Positions 19,081-29,259 are shown, counted from the first letter of the stretch. The stretch is 64,000 bases of DNA from an uncultured Hyphomicrobiales bacterium (GCA_964454445.1 CAYVTD010000008.1:3517-67516); one strand, 5' to 3'. Numbers and translations: made by a program. Notes: generated from the letters alone by a model not told the origin.

Positions 19081-21054
19081 TTACAAGACCCATTTAATCG
19101 ATAGAACCATATTAGGTACTTCGCCGGTCTTTTGCTTTTTAAAGTATTGAAAGTCGTACCAACCGTTGAGCGAAAACGTCGTCCCTGAGTCGAAAGAAAG
19201 AGTGATTAAGGCTTCCGGCCCGACAAATATTTGCGAAAAATCGTTTTTTGGTGACAAAACGAATAAAGTTCTGTTTATATTTGATTGAGAAAGGAAATAC
19301 ATTCTACCACCAGCCCCAAAGGCAAAATTTTCTTTATGGCTAATAAACAGAACCTTGCTAAACTGTTCGTAACTGCTCGTCTGAGGTGCTTCTGAAAACG
19401 AACGCCAATAGAGCATACCCCGTTCGAAATACTTTATTATTGAGCGAGACTGCAAACTGTATCCCTTGCCAAAATATATACACAAGGAATCACGATAGCC
19501 AAGTTGCCTGTAAGAAAAGCTTTGCACTCCCGGCGACAAACTCTCGAAATCATAAACAGTATAATTTGCTAAAAGCTCGAACATCGGCTCGTAAACTATG
19601 CTCTTTGTTATTACTTTAAATTCTGGAGCAAGGCGAATAATCCTGTTCCAATTGTTCATGGCACTACTCGCAGCTTTCAAAAAAACAAGGTGAGTCATCT
19701 GAATTTCAATATTCAACCCTGCGCTAAACATAGATGATATATTTCTCAAATATCCGATGCCAAATACGGTTGAAAACTCGTCGCGGTCATCATTATTGAT
19801 TTCGCTTGGTGTGTCATATTGCAACAAAGAAACCGAGTAATCGTAAGAGAAAAGGTCGTTTCGAGTTGGCTGCCAGCGACCGCTCGAGTATAATCGAGTT
19901 TTTGAAGCGCTGTTGTCCCGCTGGTTCTCGAGATTTTGCAAGTTAGCACGTTCTATATTGCTAATTTCAAAATTTTTGAAAATGTTGTTTTCTTCATTTC
20001 TTGAAAAGAAATTTGCGCCTGCTGTAATATTCAAATAATCTAATGTATAAAAGATTTCGCCAAGAAAAATAAGTTGAAATTCAGTAAGGTTTCTATATAC
20101 TTTGCTAATGGCTACCTTTTCAATCTGCTCTTTATACGAACGATCAATCTTGACATCGCTCATACTTAGATTTACACGCGAACTCAATTTATCGGAAACC
20201 TTGAAATCGAAAATTGCCCCTAGGTTAAGCCTCTTTTCAAATCTTCTTTCAATAGGATAGAATTCATTTGTTTGGTAAAGAGTAGAAAGAAAATCCCGAT
20301 TAAAGAGTTTATAGCCGACAAGAAAACCCATCGAATTATCGACGTCGTAATTACCACTTATGCGTGCATTGAGTGCAGCACCTGCATTAATCCTCCCGTC
20401 GTCGAGGTGGAGATAATCACCGGTGGCATCGGCATTTATAGTGAACTGCTCAATTTTAATAGAATTAATCATACTTTCTGTCTCAAGCAACCAGGCGGCG
20501 GATTCGACTCCTATTTGATTGTTTTTTTCGAGTCCGCCCGACAATGAGAAAAAAGATTTTCCTAGAAAATCATATCTAATGCCGAGCATGCCATTGAGCC
20601 GCTCTAGTTTGTTTATGCCTATGCTTTTTGTGTCGTTGCTCAAGCTCCAATTCTGAATACCCAAAAGCGAAATACCATTGCTTATTGGTAGGGTATAGCG
20701 GAAAAAGAATTTCTCATCGTCCCGAAAGGAAGTGCGGGCTGTTTGCAGTGCAGTGCCTGTATATTGTTGATAAAGATGAAAATTGCCATAAGGGCTGAAA
20801 ATATTATATTCGGAATTACCGCTAAAGATAAAGGTATTAGTAACTTTTTTTAAGCCTGTTTCGAAGAACTTTATTCGGCTGAGGGTATCGATTTGCGAAT
20901 TAGATTCGTCGCTCACTTCATTTATGTCTGGTTGAGCATAATATTCATTACCTATATTTTTTTTAATGCCGGAAGAATCGGCCTGAGCATTACATTCATA
21001 CCCAATAGCAAGCCACGCAGTTGCTAAAGCCATAAGGAGATAAATAATCTTCAT
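19081..21054 (-). CDS. Hypothetical outer-membrane beta-barrel protein
   Basis: 657 aa; signal peptide ending ECNA-Q, amphipathic strand pattern, C-terminal LSIKWVL. Confidence 0.65.
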   Translation of the reverse strand: MKIIYLLMALATAWLAIGYECNAQADSSGIKKNIGNEYYAQPDINEVSDESNSQIDTLSRIKFFETGLKKVTNTFIFSGNSEYNIFSPYGNFHLYQQYTGTALQTARTSFRDDEKFFFRYTLPISNGISLLGIQNWSLSNDTKSIGINKLERLNGMLGIRYDFLGKSFFSLSGGLEKNNQIGVESAAWLLETESMINSIKIEQFTINADATGDYLHLDDGRINAGAALNARISGNYDVDNSMGFLVGYKLFNRDFLSTLYQTNEFYPIERRFEKRLNLGAIFDFKVSDKLSSRVNLSMSDVKIDRSYKEQIEKVAISKVYRNLTEFQLIFLGEIFYTLDYLNITAGANFFSRNEENNIFKNFEISNIERANLQNLENQRDNSASKTRLYSSGRWQPTRNDLFSYDYSVSLLQYDTPSEINNDDRDEFSTVFGIGYLRNISSMFSAGLNIEIQMTHLVFLKAASSAMNNWNRIIRLAPEFKVITKSIVYEPMFELLANYTVYDFESLSPGVQSFSYRQLGYRDSLCIYFGKGYSLQSRSIIKYFERGMLYWRSFSEAPQTSSYEQFSKVLFISHKENFAFGAGGRMYFLSQSNINRTLFVLSPKNDFSQIFVGPEALITLSFDSGTTFSLNGWYDFQYFKKQKTGEVPNMVLSIKWVL

Positions 21055-21073
21055 TATTATTTATCGCTTATGG

Positions 21074-21277
21074 TTAAACCACCTTTTCAGGTAAAGCAGA
21101 AAGGCATTCCCGACGATAAGCTACCACCTTTTCGATTATCTGCTGATAGTTTTCTTTTACTATGATTTTCTTTCCGCTTTTTAAGCTAACAGTAGAGTCG
21201 TGAGTGGTTTCTACTGTTTCGATTTCATCGGCATTGACGGCAAGTGGTCTGCCATCTATTTTTGTTAGCACTATCAT
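21074..21277 (-). CDS. flbD: Flagellar FlbD family protein
   Basis: MIVLTKIDGRPLAVNADEIETVETTHDSTVSLKSGKKIIVKE...IIEKVVAYRR matches the FlbD pattern over its full length. Confidence 0.88.
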   Translation of the reverse strand: MIVLTKIDGRPLAVNADEIETVETTHDSTVSLKSGKKIIVKENYQQIIEKVVAYRRECLSALPEKVV

Positions 21278-21568
21278 AAGCGATTTCTCTGATAAAACGA
21301 AACTTATATGGTAGAAAGAAGTAAATAGTAATAATTTATTGAATTAATAAGAAAAACAAAGGAAAAATTAATAAAGAAAAGAAAAGGAAAAAATAATTTT
21401 AAAAATTAAAAAAAATTTATCGGATATACAGACAAAATTTATTAATTTTACAATTATGTTTAATTAATGAACACAAAAAAGTATCACATCCAGCAATGCA
21501 GGAGAAATAAATCATTGTTACAAAACAAGATATAATTAAAACAAAAACGATAATCTTTGCTAGAAGAT

Positions 21569-21805
21569 AAAAAAAATGCCCAAAATTGAAAAGTATCGCT
21601 GTGATTGTTCAAAGGGAGCCAAATATTGAAAATCGAGTGATACTAGAATACGGATCTGATGGTTATGAGGGTTTAGTTTCCAATCTTGGGCAAATTTTAG
21701 ATTTTCGAAGAACAATAATAAATGCCCGGACTGAAGGTAATTAGAAAAATTTCCTCTCGACCCATTAGAAATTTGAACAATCACCTAATTCCGGGCTCTT
21801 TTTTT
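21569..21805. repeat. Compound inverted-repeat element (candidate structured RNA(s) or MITE-like remnant)
   Basis: Perfect 13-bp IR GTGATTGTTCAAA (21601-21613 / 21772-21784); 16-bp stem 21577-21592 / 21677-21692; GCCCGGA/TCCGGGC (21724-21730 / 21790-21796); outward-facing T-tracts at both ends. Confidence 0.55.
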
Positions 21806-22041
21806 ATAAATTAACATTTCAATGATTGACAATTCTTAACATTATTAAAATAAAATTTAGTTTTGAAAATATCAATCACATTTTCTATGATTATTTTGTA
21901 GGATTATAGTTATGCTGATTGTAACTATTTAAACTACAAATTTGGTAAGTTGCTATTAAATAGACAGGATTTGTAAATAAAACTAGAGCTCAATTCAGAT
22001 CTATATCATCGAGTTTATATTCATACAGATTCAAAGTGCAT

Positions 22042-22581
22042 TTATACAATTGACAGCAAATCGAGAAATTTATCATCATAGATATGCAACACTCTGTCGT
22101 AATGTATCGATTCTTCTCTATTATAAAATGGAGCAACCTTTACGGTTATTGATTGAACGCCCATATCGATAAAAATACCCTTTGACAAAGTGATGCCAGG
22201 AGTTTGCTTGTAAATAAAATATAACTCTTTGTTTAGATAAGGCTTGAGCAAGCTTATCACTCTTTTTTGTTGTTTTGGTTCGCGAAGTTTTGTTATCAAA
22301 GTGGGATACTCGCGACCTACCATCAAATCGATATATAAAGTATTGTATATATGAAGTATTCGATTGCCTGTTTCTGTTATAAAGTTTATGTATTCTTTCT
22401 CACTTATAAAATTCTCATTTTTCACAGAAATTGCCTCGCTACTGACCATCCTGAGCGAACCTTCGGAAAGTTGAAGGAGACCGTCACATTTGTGGATTAC
22501 CGTAACAGTATCGTTGATATGCCTCTTAAGTAACTCTTGTATCAGATATTTACTGCTGTCAGTCATTAATCTATATTTCAA
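22042..22581 (-). CDS. Hypothetical protein made of two tandem repeats of about 75 aa
   Basis: Repeat 1 LLKRHIN..IHK..LSEG..ISVK..RILHIYN..IDL; repeat 2 LLKPYLN..IYK..LSKG..ITVK..RVLHIYD..LDL. Confidence 0.7.
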   Translation of the reverse strand: MKYRLMTDSSKYLIQELLKRHINDTVTVIHKCDGLLQLSEGSLRMVSSEAISVKNENFISEKEYINFITETGNRILHIYNTLYIDLMVGREYPTLITKLREPKQQKRVISLLKPYLNKELYFIYKQTPGITLSKGIFIDMGVQSITVKVAPFYNREESIHYDRVLHIYDDKFLDLLSIV

Positions 22582-22745
22582 TATTGTGTTTACACTAAAT
22601 TAAAGATAATGATTGAAATTTGCAATTATATCTTTAAAATTATATTTATAATGACGATAATTTATGAAAAAATTACAATAGTTTCATAAAGAAATCTTAA
22701 ATTTGTGATAATAACAAAAATTTTTTTTAATACTATGACAAATTT

Positions 22746-24332
22746 ATGAATATTGAGTTAATAAACAAAAAAGAACTTGTTACAGAGTATAAAAAACTAC
22801 TAAAAAAGTACGAAAATACCTCTGAAGTGTTAAATAGGTGTCGCTCGGAACTTAGCGAACGCATAAAAGAACTTCATTGCGTCTATGGTATTTCCGAAAT
22901 TACCAGCAAAGATACGGCTAGTGTTGGCAGCCTTTTACAAAACATTGTCGATTTGATTCCCCCAGCTATGCAATATCCAGAACATACAGTGGCAAGAATC
23001 TCTTTTGAAAACAATTACTATATAACTGAAAACTTTCGCGAAACACAATGGCGACTATTCTCAGAAATAAAAACCATTGACAACAAAGACGGTTTCGTAG
23101 AGGTATATTATTTAGACGAAATGCCTGAGGGAGATACTGGACCCTTCCTTAATTTCGAAAAAGATCTCATTCAGAGCATAGCCGATGGAATTAGCAAAAT
23201 CGTGGAAAGACATACTTTTTTCAATAATATGCTCGAACTCGAGAATTTCAATGCACGAATTATTTCTAATGTGCAAGAAGGTATTTTCGTAACAGATCGC
23301 AGTTTCCGGTATATCGTTTGGAACAAGTTTATGCAAGATCTCTCCGGGCTTGCCTCCAGCGATGTCATTGGAAAACGACCAGACGAGATATTCCAGCATG
23401 TCCTTCTCAATAACACGATGGCGAGAATGAAAGAAGCGATAAAAGGAAAGGTTATAACTACTAATGATGCTTACTACGACATACATCTTTCCGGGAAAAA
23501 AGGGTGGTATTCGGCTACTTACTGTCCACATATCTCTGCTGGAGGCGAAATTGTCGGTATCATTGGCACTATAAAAGAAATTAGTAAATACAAGGAATCG
23601 GAAGAAAATCTCCGCGACTCTCGCGAGAATCTCCGTGCTTTTGCCAGCCATTTGCAGACTATTCGCGAAGAAGAACGCACACTTATTGCCCGTGAAATTC
23701 ACGATGAATTTGGACAATCGCTAACTGCACTTAAGATTAATCTTTCATTGCTTTTACCTCAGATCGAGCAAGGAAGAAATGATGAAGTAAAAAGCGAAAT
23801 TAACGAAATGCAAAAATTGCTCGATAATACTATAAAAAGGATGCGCAAGCTAATAACTGAATTACGCCCTGAGGTCCTCGACAAATTGGGACTTCTCGAA
23901 GCAATAGAGCATCATCTCCGAGAGTTTTGCAGGCAGATTGGATTAAAATTCAATATAGTCAATAAAGTAGATACTATCAAACTCGACAATACAAAGCAAT
24001 TAGCGGTATTTCGCATTTTTCAAGAATCACTTACTAACGTAGCCCGCCATTCACAAGCTACTCAAGTCGAAATAACACTTCAGACAAATAATGCTTTATG
24101 CCAACAAAATAACGAAAATTCTGCTCCACATTATCCTTATGCTAATTGTTTCATTATGACAATAGAAGATAATGGTATCGGAATGGACGAAACTATGATT
24201 AACAGCGAAAAATCATTTGGAATAATCGGTATGAGAGAAAGAGCTGCAGTTTGCTCAGGCAAAATACAAATAACTTCTGAAGTAGGTCGCGGAACAAAAG
24301 TAAAGGTAGAAATACATATGGACGAGGAATGA
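22746..24332 (+). CDS. Cytoplasmic GAF-like/PAS sensor histidine kinase (HisKA_3 type)
   Basis: ERIKELHCVY...IPPAMQYPE sensory domain; PAS domain (YIVWNKFM); EEERTLIAREIHDEFGQ; FQESLTNVARHS; DNGIG; FGIIGMRERA. Confidence 0.92.
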   Translation: MNIELINKKELVTEYKKLLKKYENTSEVLNRCRSELSERIKELHCVYGISEITSKDTASVGSLLQNIVDLIPPAMQYPEHTVARISFENNYYITENFRETQWRLFSEIKTIDNKDGFVEVYYLDEMPEGDTGPFLNFEKDLIQSIADGISKIVERHTFFNNMLELENFNARIISNVQEGIFVTDRSFRYIVWNKFMQDLSGLASSDVIGKRPDEIFQHVLLNNTMARMKEAIKGKVITTNDAYYDIHLSGKKGWYSATYCPHISAGGEIVGIIGTIKEISKYKESEENLRDSRENLRAFASHLQTIREEERTLIAREIHDEFGQSLTALKINLSLLLPQIEQGRNDEVKSEINEMQKLLDNTIKRMRKLITELRPEVLDKLGLLEAIEHHLREFCRQIGLKFNIVNKVDTIKLDNTKQLAVFRIFQESLTNVARHSQATQVEITLQTNNALCQQNNENSAPHYPYANCFIMTIEDNGIGMDETMINSEKSFGIIGMRERAAVCSGKIQITSEVGRGTKVKVEIHMDEE

Positions 24333-25261
24333 CAATGAAAGACTTAAGAATTGTCTTTATGGGGACGCCAGAATTTTCTCTACCCGCTCTGGAAAAAATA
24401 CATCAACGTTTTGGCATTCAAGCTGTTGTTACCGTTCCCGACAAGCCTCAAGGCAGAGGAAAAAAGCTACAAGCTTCGCCTGTTAAATTAAAAGCACAGC
24501 AATTAGGCATTAAGATTTATCAGCCAGAAAAACTTAGCGAAGAATTTTTTCTTGACGAAATGAGAGTGCTACAGCCTGATATATTTGTAGTTATCGCCTT
24601 TAGGATACTTCCTGCCGCATTATTTACCATACCAAAAATCGCATCTTTTAATGTTCATGCGAGCTTATTACCAAAATACCGCGGCGCAGCACCGATTAAT
24701 TGGGCTATTATAAATGGAGAAAAGTTTACTGGTCTAACAACATTCATATTGCAAGAAAAGGTCGATACCGGCAACATTATCCTTCAAAGCTCCATGGAAA
24801 TACCCGAAAACAGCACTGCCGGCGACCTTAGCGACATGTTAAAACAATTATCTGTCGATATTTCTTTTAACACTATTGAATTGCTTGCTTCTGGCAATTA
24901 CAAGTTATTCCCTCAAGATAACAGCAAGACAAGCCCAGCTCCTAAAATCTTTCCCGAAGGCTGTCGCATTTCCTGGAATCTTCATTCAAGAGATTTGCGC
25001 AATTTTATCAATGGTGTATCGCCTATGCCAGGCGCCTGGACTAGGTGGAACGACCTTCGATTAAAAATACTACGTTGCACTTATTGCTCCTGTGGTAATG
25101 CAACACCAGGCACATTTATTATTGATAAAAACAAATTTATTATCTATGCAGTAAAAGGATATATCGAACCGTTAGAAATTCAGTTGCAAGGCAAGCGCCA
25201 AATGAAAACAAAAGATTTCTTGTTGGGTTATAGGGGAGAAAAAGAGGGGAAAATGGTATAA
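24329..25261 (+). CDS. fmt: Methionyl-tRNA formyltransferase
   Basis: IVFMGTPEF, PDKPQGRG, NVHASLLPKYRGAAPINWA, DTGNII. Confidence 0.97.
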   Translation: MTMKDLRIVFMGTPEFSLPALEKIHQRFGIQAVVTVPDKPQGRGKKLQASPVKLKAQQLGIKIYQPEKLSEEFFLDEMRVLQPDIFVVIAFRILPAALFTIPKIASFNVHASLLPKYRGAAPINWAIINGEKFTGLTTFILQEKVDTGNIILQSSMEIPENSTAGDLSDMLKQLSVDISFNTIELLASGNYKLFPQDNSKTSPAPKIFPEGCRISWNLHSRDLRNFINGVSPMPGAWTRWNDLRLKILRCTYCSCGNATPGTFIIDKNKFIIYAVKGYIEPLEIQLQGKRQMKTKDFLLGYRGEKEGKMV

Positions 25262-25270
25262 GTCATTATT

Positions 25271-25948
25271 TTAAAACTCGAACTCGAGCAACAAACTGTT
25301 TTCCTTTAGCCATTTTTCACTTTGCATATAATTGGGGTCAAATCGGGCTACGATATTCCAAAAACGCTGTGAATGATTCATCTCAAAGCGATGCGATAGT
25401 TCGTGGATAAGGATATAATCAATAACATATACTGGAGCTAGCAATAGTCGCCAATTGATGTTCAAATTGCCTTTTCTGCTGCAAGATCCCCATATTCTTT
25501 TAGCATTGCTAATTTTCAATTCGTTAAACTGAACTCCCATTTTCTTGGATAGGTCGATTGCTTTTTTTGTAAAAAGCCGCTTCGACTGCTCCCAGTAAAA
25601 AAAACGAAACAAAAACGGAGCATTTTCCAAAGCACCTTCACTGATATAAAAACCTTCATCTGAAAATCTGAAAACTGGATTTTTTTCTTTATTTATTACA
25701 AGTTTTATTTGAAAGCCGAGATAATAAAAAACAGAACCATCTTCGTAGCTTGCCATTGGTTTATTATTCTCTTGTTCTTGAAAATCTTTCGTCTTTTTTT
25801 CAATCCAGCTTCTTTTCTTTTCGACAATGCTTTCAATATCTTTCTGAGAAATACCTATTGGAGCTCTTACTGTAAGTTTAGCTCCTTTGCTAATCTGCAA
25901 GCTGATAGTTTTGCGTCTGCTTCTGATTATTCTATCGATTTTAATCAT
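25271..25948 (-). CDS. YgjP/DUF45 family metal-dependent hydrolase (M48-like)
   Basis: IIRSRRKTISL, WGSCS, NWRLL, DYILIHELSH, NHSQRFW. Confidence 0.9.
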   Translation of the reverse strand: MIKIDRIIRSRRKTISLQISKGAKLTVRAPIGISQKDIESIVEKKRSWIEKKTKDFQEQENNKPMASYEDGSVFYYLGFQIKLVINKEKNPVFRFSDEGFYISEGALENAPFLFRFFYWEQSKRLFTKKAIDLSKKMGVQFNELKISNAKRIWGSCSRKGNLNINWRLLLAPVYVIDYILIHELSHRFEMNHSQRFWNIVARFDPNYMQSEKWLKENSLLLEFEF

Positions 25949-25954
25949 ACTCTC

Positions 25955-26284
25955 TTACTCTTTTTTCCGGATAGCCTGATATTCGATGTTTCGTATGAGA
26001 TCTTTCATCTTTATATATCTATAAGTGCCTAAAAATATAGTTATTACAGCACTTGGTATAAAAATCCAGCCGATTATCGTTAAAAAAGCCATGTGAAAAA
26101 ACTTTATAAATGAAAAACCTGCAACAATCAGCGTAAGCGCCGTTCGCTGATAGGAAAGGAATGTCCTTTCGTTTGACAAAATTGACCTTGCCGCGGCGAG
26201 CTGATCAACGGGAGGCAGCTCTTTTTCAATGAATTTTTGATATAAATTTTTTGCTATGCTCGGTGGTTTTGATACAATTCCCAT
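25955..26284 (-). CDS. DUF202 (YidH-like) membrane protein
   Basis: LAAARSILSNERTFLSYQRTAL followed by two TM helices. Confidence 0.85.
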   Translation of the reverse strand: MGIVSKPPSIAKNLYQKFIEKELPPVDQLAAARSILSNERTFLSYQRTALTLIVAGFSFIKFFHMAFLTIIGWIFIPSAVITIFLGTYRYIKMKDLIRNIEYQAIRKKE

Positions 26285-28911
26285 TAGTTGCCTTTCGCTT
26301 CTTTACTAAGTTCAGATAAGATTTTTAGCGCATTTATCGGAGTTAAATTGTCTATGTCGATAGCTTTAATCTTTTCACGAAATTTGTCATCACGAAACTC
26401 AAAAATGGATAGCTGTTCGGGCGTTTCTGCTTTCTTTTTGGTTTTAATTGCCGAGATGTCGGGTGTCCTCGAAGTTGTTTCCTTGCCTGCTTTTTCCAAA
26501 GAATGCATTATTTCTGTTGCTCTATCGGTAACGCTATAAGGAATGCCTGCCATGCGAGCCACGTGAATACCAAAGGAATGATCGATAGCACCAGGTCTTA
26601 CATTATGCGAAAAAATCACTTGTCCGGAGGTCCTGATAACATCTACTTTGTAATTTGCTATTCTGTCGTATCGCTCTGCCATATCGTTAAGTTCGTGATA
26701 ATGAGTAGCAAATAACGTTTTAGCTCCGATATTGTTGTGAATATGCTCGGCAATAGCCCAAGCAATAGAAATGCCATCAAAAGTTGCTGTGCCTCTGCCT
26801 ACTTCGTCCAATAAAATCAAGCTTTTCGATGTGGCATTGTTCATAATATTAGCTGCTTCTTGCATCTCGACAAGAAAAGTACTTTCTCCGGCAGTAATAT
26901 TATCCTGAGCACCTACACGGGTAAATATCCGATCTATCAAACCAAACTTTGCGCGGATGGCTGGCACATAGCAGCCAATTTGACCGAGAAGAACTATCAA
27001 AGCCACTTGACGTAAATAACAAGACTTGCCAGACATATTTGGTCCGGTTATGATTTGTATTTGTTCTGCTTTTGTGTCGAGAAGTGTCGAATTTGGAATG
27101 AATTTCTCACCGATCTGAAGCGATCGCTCCACAACAGGGTGCCTGCCGTCTTTTATTTCAATCGACTCAGAATCATCAATCTCCGGGCGGCAATAGCCAT
27201 ATTCTTTCGAGCATATTGCAAAACTAAGCAAGCAATCGAGCGTTGCTATTCTAAAAGCGTTTTCCTGCAAATCGGAAGTATTTTTTACAATTTCATTTTT
27301 TAATTTCGTAAACAGTTCGTTTTCCAACTCTGCTATCTTCTCTTCTGCATTTAAAATCTTCGATTCAATTTCTTTAAGCTCTGGTGTTGTATATCTTTCT
27401 GAATTGGCAAGCGTTTGCTTACGGTCGTAATAATCTGGAATTTTGTTCTTGTGAACATTAGTAATATCAATATAATAACCGAAAACACTCGTAAAGCCGA
27501 CTTTTAGCGAGGGAATGCCTGTGTTGTTGCGTTCTTGTTGTTGATAGTTTACAATCCACTTTTTGCCATTAACTTTTGCTTCGATAAAAGAGTCAAGTTC
27601 TGGAGAGAAACCTTTTTTAAAAACGTTTCCTGAGCCAGTTTGCGCTCCCGGCTCGTCTAATAAAGCAGATTCAATCATTACCACCATCGAGTTCAAGTTT
27701 TTCAAAGTTTTCGATAACGATAGCAAACTCGATACATCCGTTTCTTCTAATACCTGCTTAATAGCCGGAATTTTTTTTATACTATCCTTCAAGCTCGAAA
27801 CGTCACGCGGGTTTGCCTTGCCTGTGCAGATTTTTGAAGTTAGTCTTTCTATATCACCAATTTCAGCGAGATGCGCCTTAAGTGCTTTTCGTGTAGTTTC
27901 GCTCTCATAAAACACTTTCACAGCCTCGAGGCGGGCGTGTATCTGTTTTAATTTTCGCAATGGTCTCGACACCCATTTCTTAATCAATCGCCCACCCATA
28001 GCTGTTGAAGTTTTGTCGAGAATTGATATCAATGTACCAGATTTTGTGTCGCCACTACTTGAGAAACTGATTTCCAGATTGCGCCGTGTCGCCATATCAA
28101 GCGTCATATACTCTGATGGATTGTAAACACTTATTTTCGTTAGCTGAGGCAGAAAGCTTTTTTGTGTTTCATTAATGTAATGAAGCACTGCACCAGCCGC
28201 CGAAATCCCTGCAGTGAAGGTTTCAATGCCAAAGCCCTTCAAATTTTGTGTCTTGAAATGTCCCAGAAGTGCTTCCCTGCCAAATTGTTCGTCGAAGATC
28301 CATTCTTCCAACCCTGACAAGGGAATCGATTCTCCGATATTCTTTATAACTGAAGTAATTAAGCTCTTTTGTTGCTTGGAATAAATGATTTCCGCAGGCG
28401 CCAAGCTTTGCAATATTTCAGCTAACAGGTTTTCTTCGACTTCTGCCGCAATAAACTCACCAGTGGAAATATCTGCCGAAGCAATGCCCGCGATATTTTG
28501 CTTTTTATCTTTTGAAATAATAACAGCGCAAACATAGTTGTTACTTTTCGAGTCAAGAAGCTTGTCGTAGAGAGCCACCCCGGGCGTAACAACCTCCACA
28601 ACATCACGTTTGACAATTCCGCGGGACATCTTGGGATCTTCGATTTGCTCGCAAACAGCTACACGATGTCCTGCACGCACTAATTTCGGTAGATAATTAT
28701 CAAGTTGATGGTGAGGAAAACCTGCAAGGGGCATCTCGTTTGGAGAACCACTGTGTCGTTTCGTAAGTGTCAGCCCGCAAACCTGAGCCGTTATCACTGC
28801 ATCTTCGTTAAAAGTTTCAAAAAAATCGCCTAAACGATATAACAATATCGTCCCGGGATATTTCTTCTTTATCTGACCATACTGCCTGTTAAGCGGCGTT
28901 TCTTTGCCCAT
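26284..28911 (-). CDS. mutS: DNA mismatch repair protein MutS
   Basis: TPLNRQY, YRLGDFFETF, GRHPVVE, ITGPNMSGKS, DRIFTRVGA, LLDEVGRGT, FATHYHEL. Confidence 0.98.
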   Translation of the reverse strand: MGKETPLNRQYGQIKKKYPGTILLYRLGDFFETFNEDAVITAQVCGLTLTKRHSGSPNEMPLAGFPHHQLDNYLPKLVRAGHRVAVCEQIEDPKMSRGIVKRDVVEVVTPGVALYDKLLDSKSNNYVCAVIISKDKKQNIAGIASADISTGEFIAAEVEENLLAEILQSLAPAEIIYSKQQKSLITSVIKNIGESIPLSGLEEWIFDEQFGREALLGHFKTQNLKGFGIETFTAGISAAGAVLHYINETQKSFLPQLTKISVYNPSEYMTLDMATRRNLEISFSSSGDTKSGTLISILDKTSTAMGGRLIKKWVSRPLRKLKQIHARLEAVKVFYESETTRKALKAHLAEIGDIERLTSKICTGKANPRDVSSLKDSIKKIPAIKQVLEETDVSSLLSLSKTLKNLNSMVVMIESALLDEPGAQTGSGNVFKKGFSPELDSFIEAKVNGKKWIVNYQQQERNNTGIPSLKVGFTSVFGYYIDITNVHKNKIPDYYDRKQTLANSERYTTPELKEIESKILNAEEKIAELENELFTKLKNEIVKNTSDLQENAFRIATLDCLLSFAICSKEYGYCRPEIDDSESIEIKDGRHPVVERSLQIGEKFIPNSTLLDTKAEQIQIITGPNMSGKSCYLRQVALIVLLGQIGCYVPAIRAKFGLIDRIFTRVGAQDNITAGESTFLVEMQEAANIMNNATSKSLILLDEVGRGTATFDGISIAWAIAEHIHNNIGAKTLFATHYHELNDMAERYDRIANYKVDVIRTSGQVIFSHNVRPGAIDHSFGIHVARMAGIPYSVTDRATEIMHSLEKAGKETTSRTPDISAIKTKKKAETPEQLSIFEFRDDKFREKIKAIDIDNLTPINALKILSELSKEAKGN

Positions 28912-29259
28912 TTATTTCAACGTTATTTTTGTTTTCTATTTGTTTAGCTATTATAAAAATAGTTAATTTACAATTATTTGCCAAATATCGCTACTTGAAA
29001 AATCTCTTATTCTCCAAAAATCTTCTTCCAAAATCCATATCGCCTTTCTTTTACCAAGTAAATATATTCTTAATAATTTACAACATAATTTACAGAAATA
29101 TTTTTTCCCAATATTTATCCTTTTAAAAGCCAAATTCTGAGGAATATTTTTGATTTTATTGCTAATAATTCAGTAATTTTATATTTGTTATTACTAATTA
29201 TTTTTAATATAAAAGTTTTTGTTTTTTTCAATTGTAATATTTTTATAAGGAGTTCATTT

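Noticed and set aside
21560-21784. 74-aa minus-strand ORF in the track
   Set aside because: GTG start with no recognisable motif, and it coincides with the inverted-repeat element; likely spurious.
21569-21805. Retron msr-msd, RNase P, SRP, tmRNA, T-box or glycine riboswitch identity for the IR element
   Set aside because: No reverse transcriptase is nearby, and the diagnostic motifs (GAGGAAAGUCC, the SRP helix-8 motif, tRNA-like ends, the T-box sequence, glycine aptamer core) are absent.
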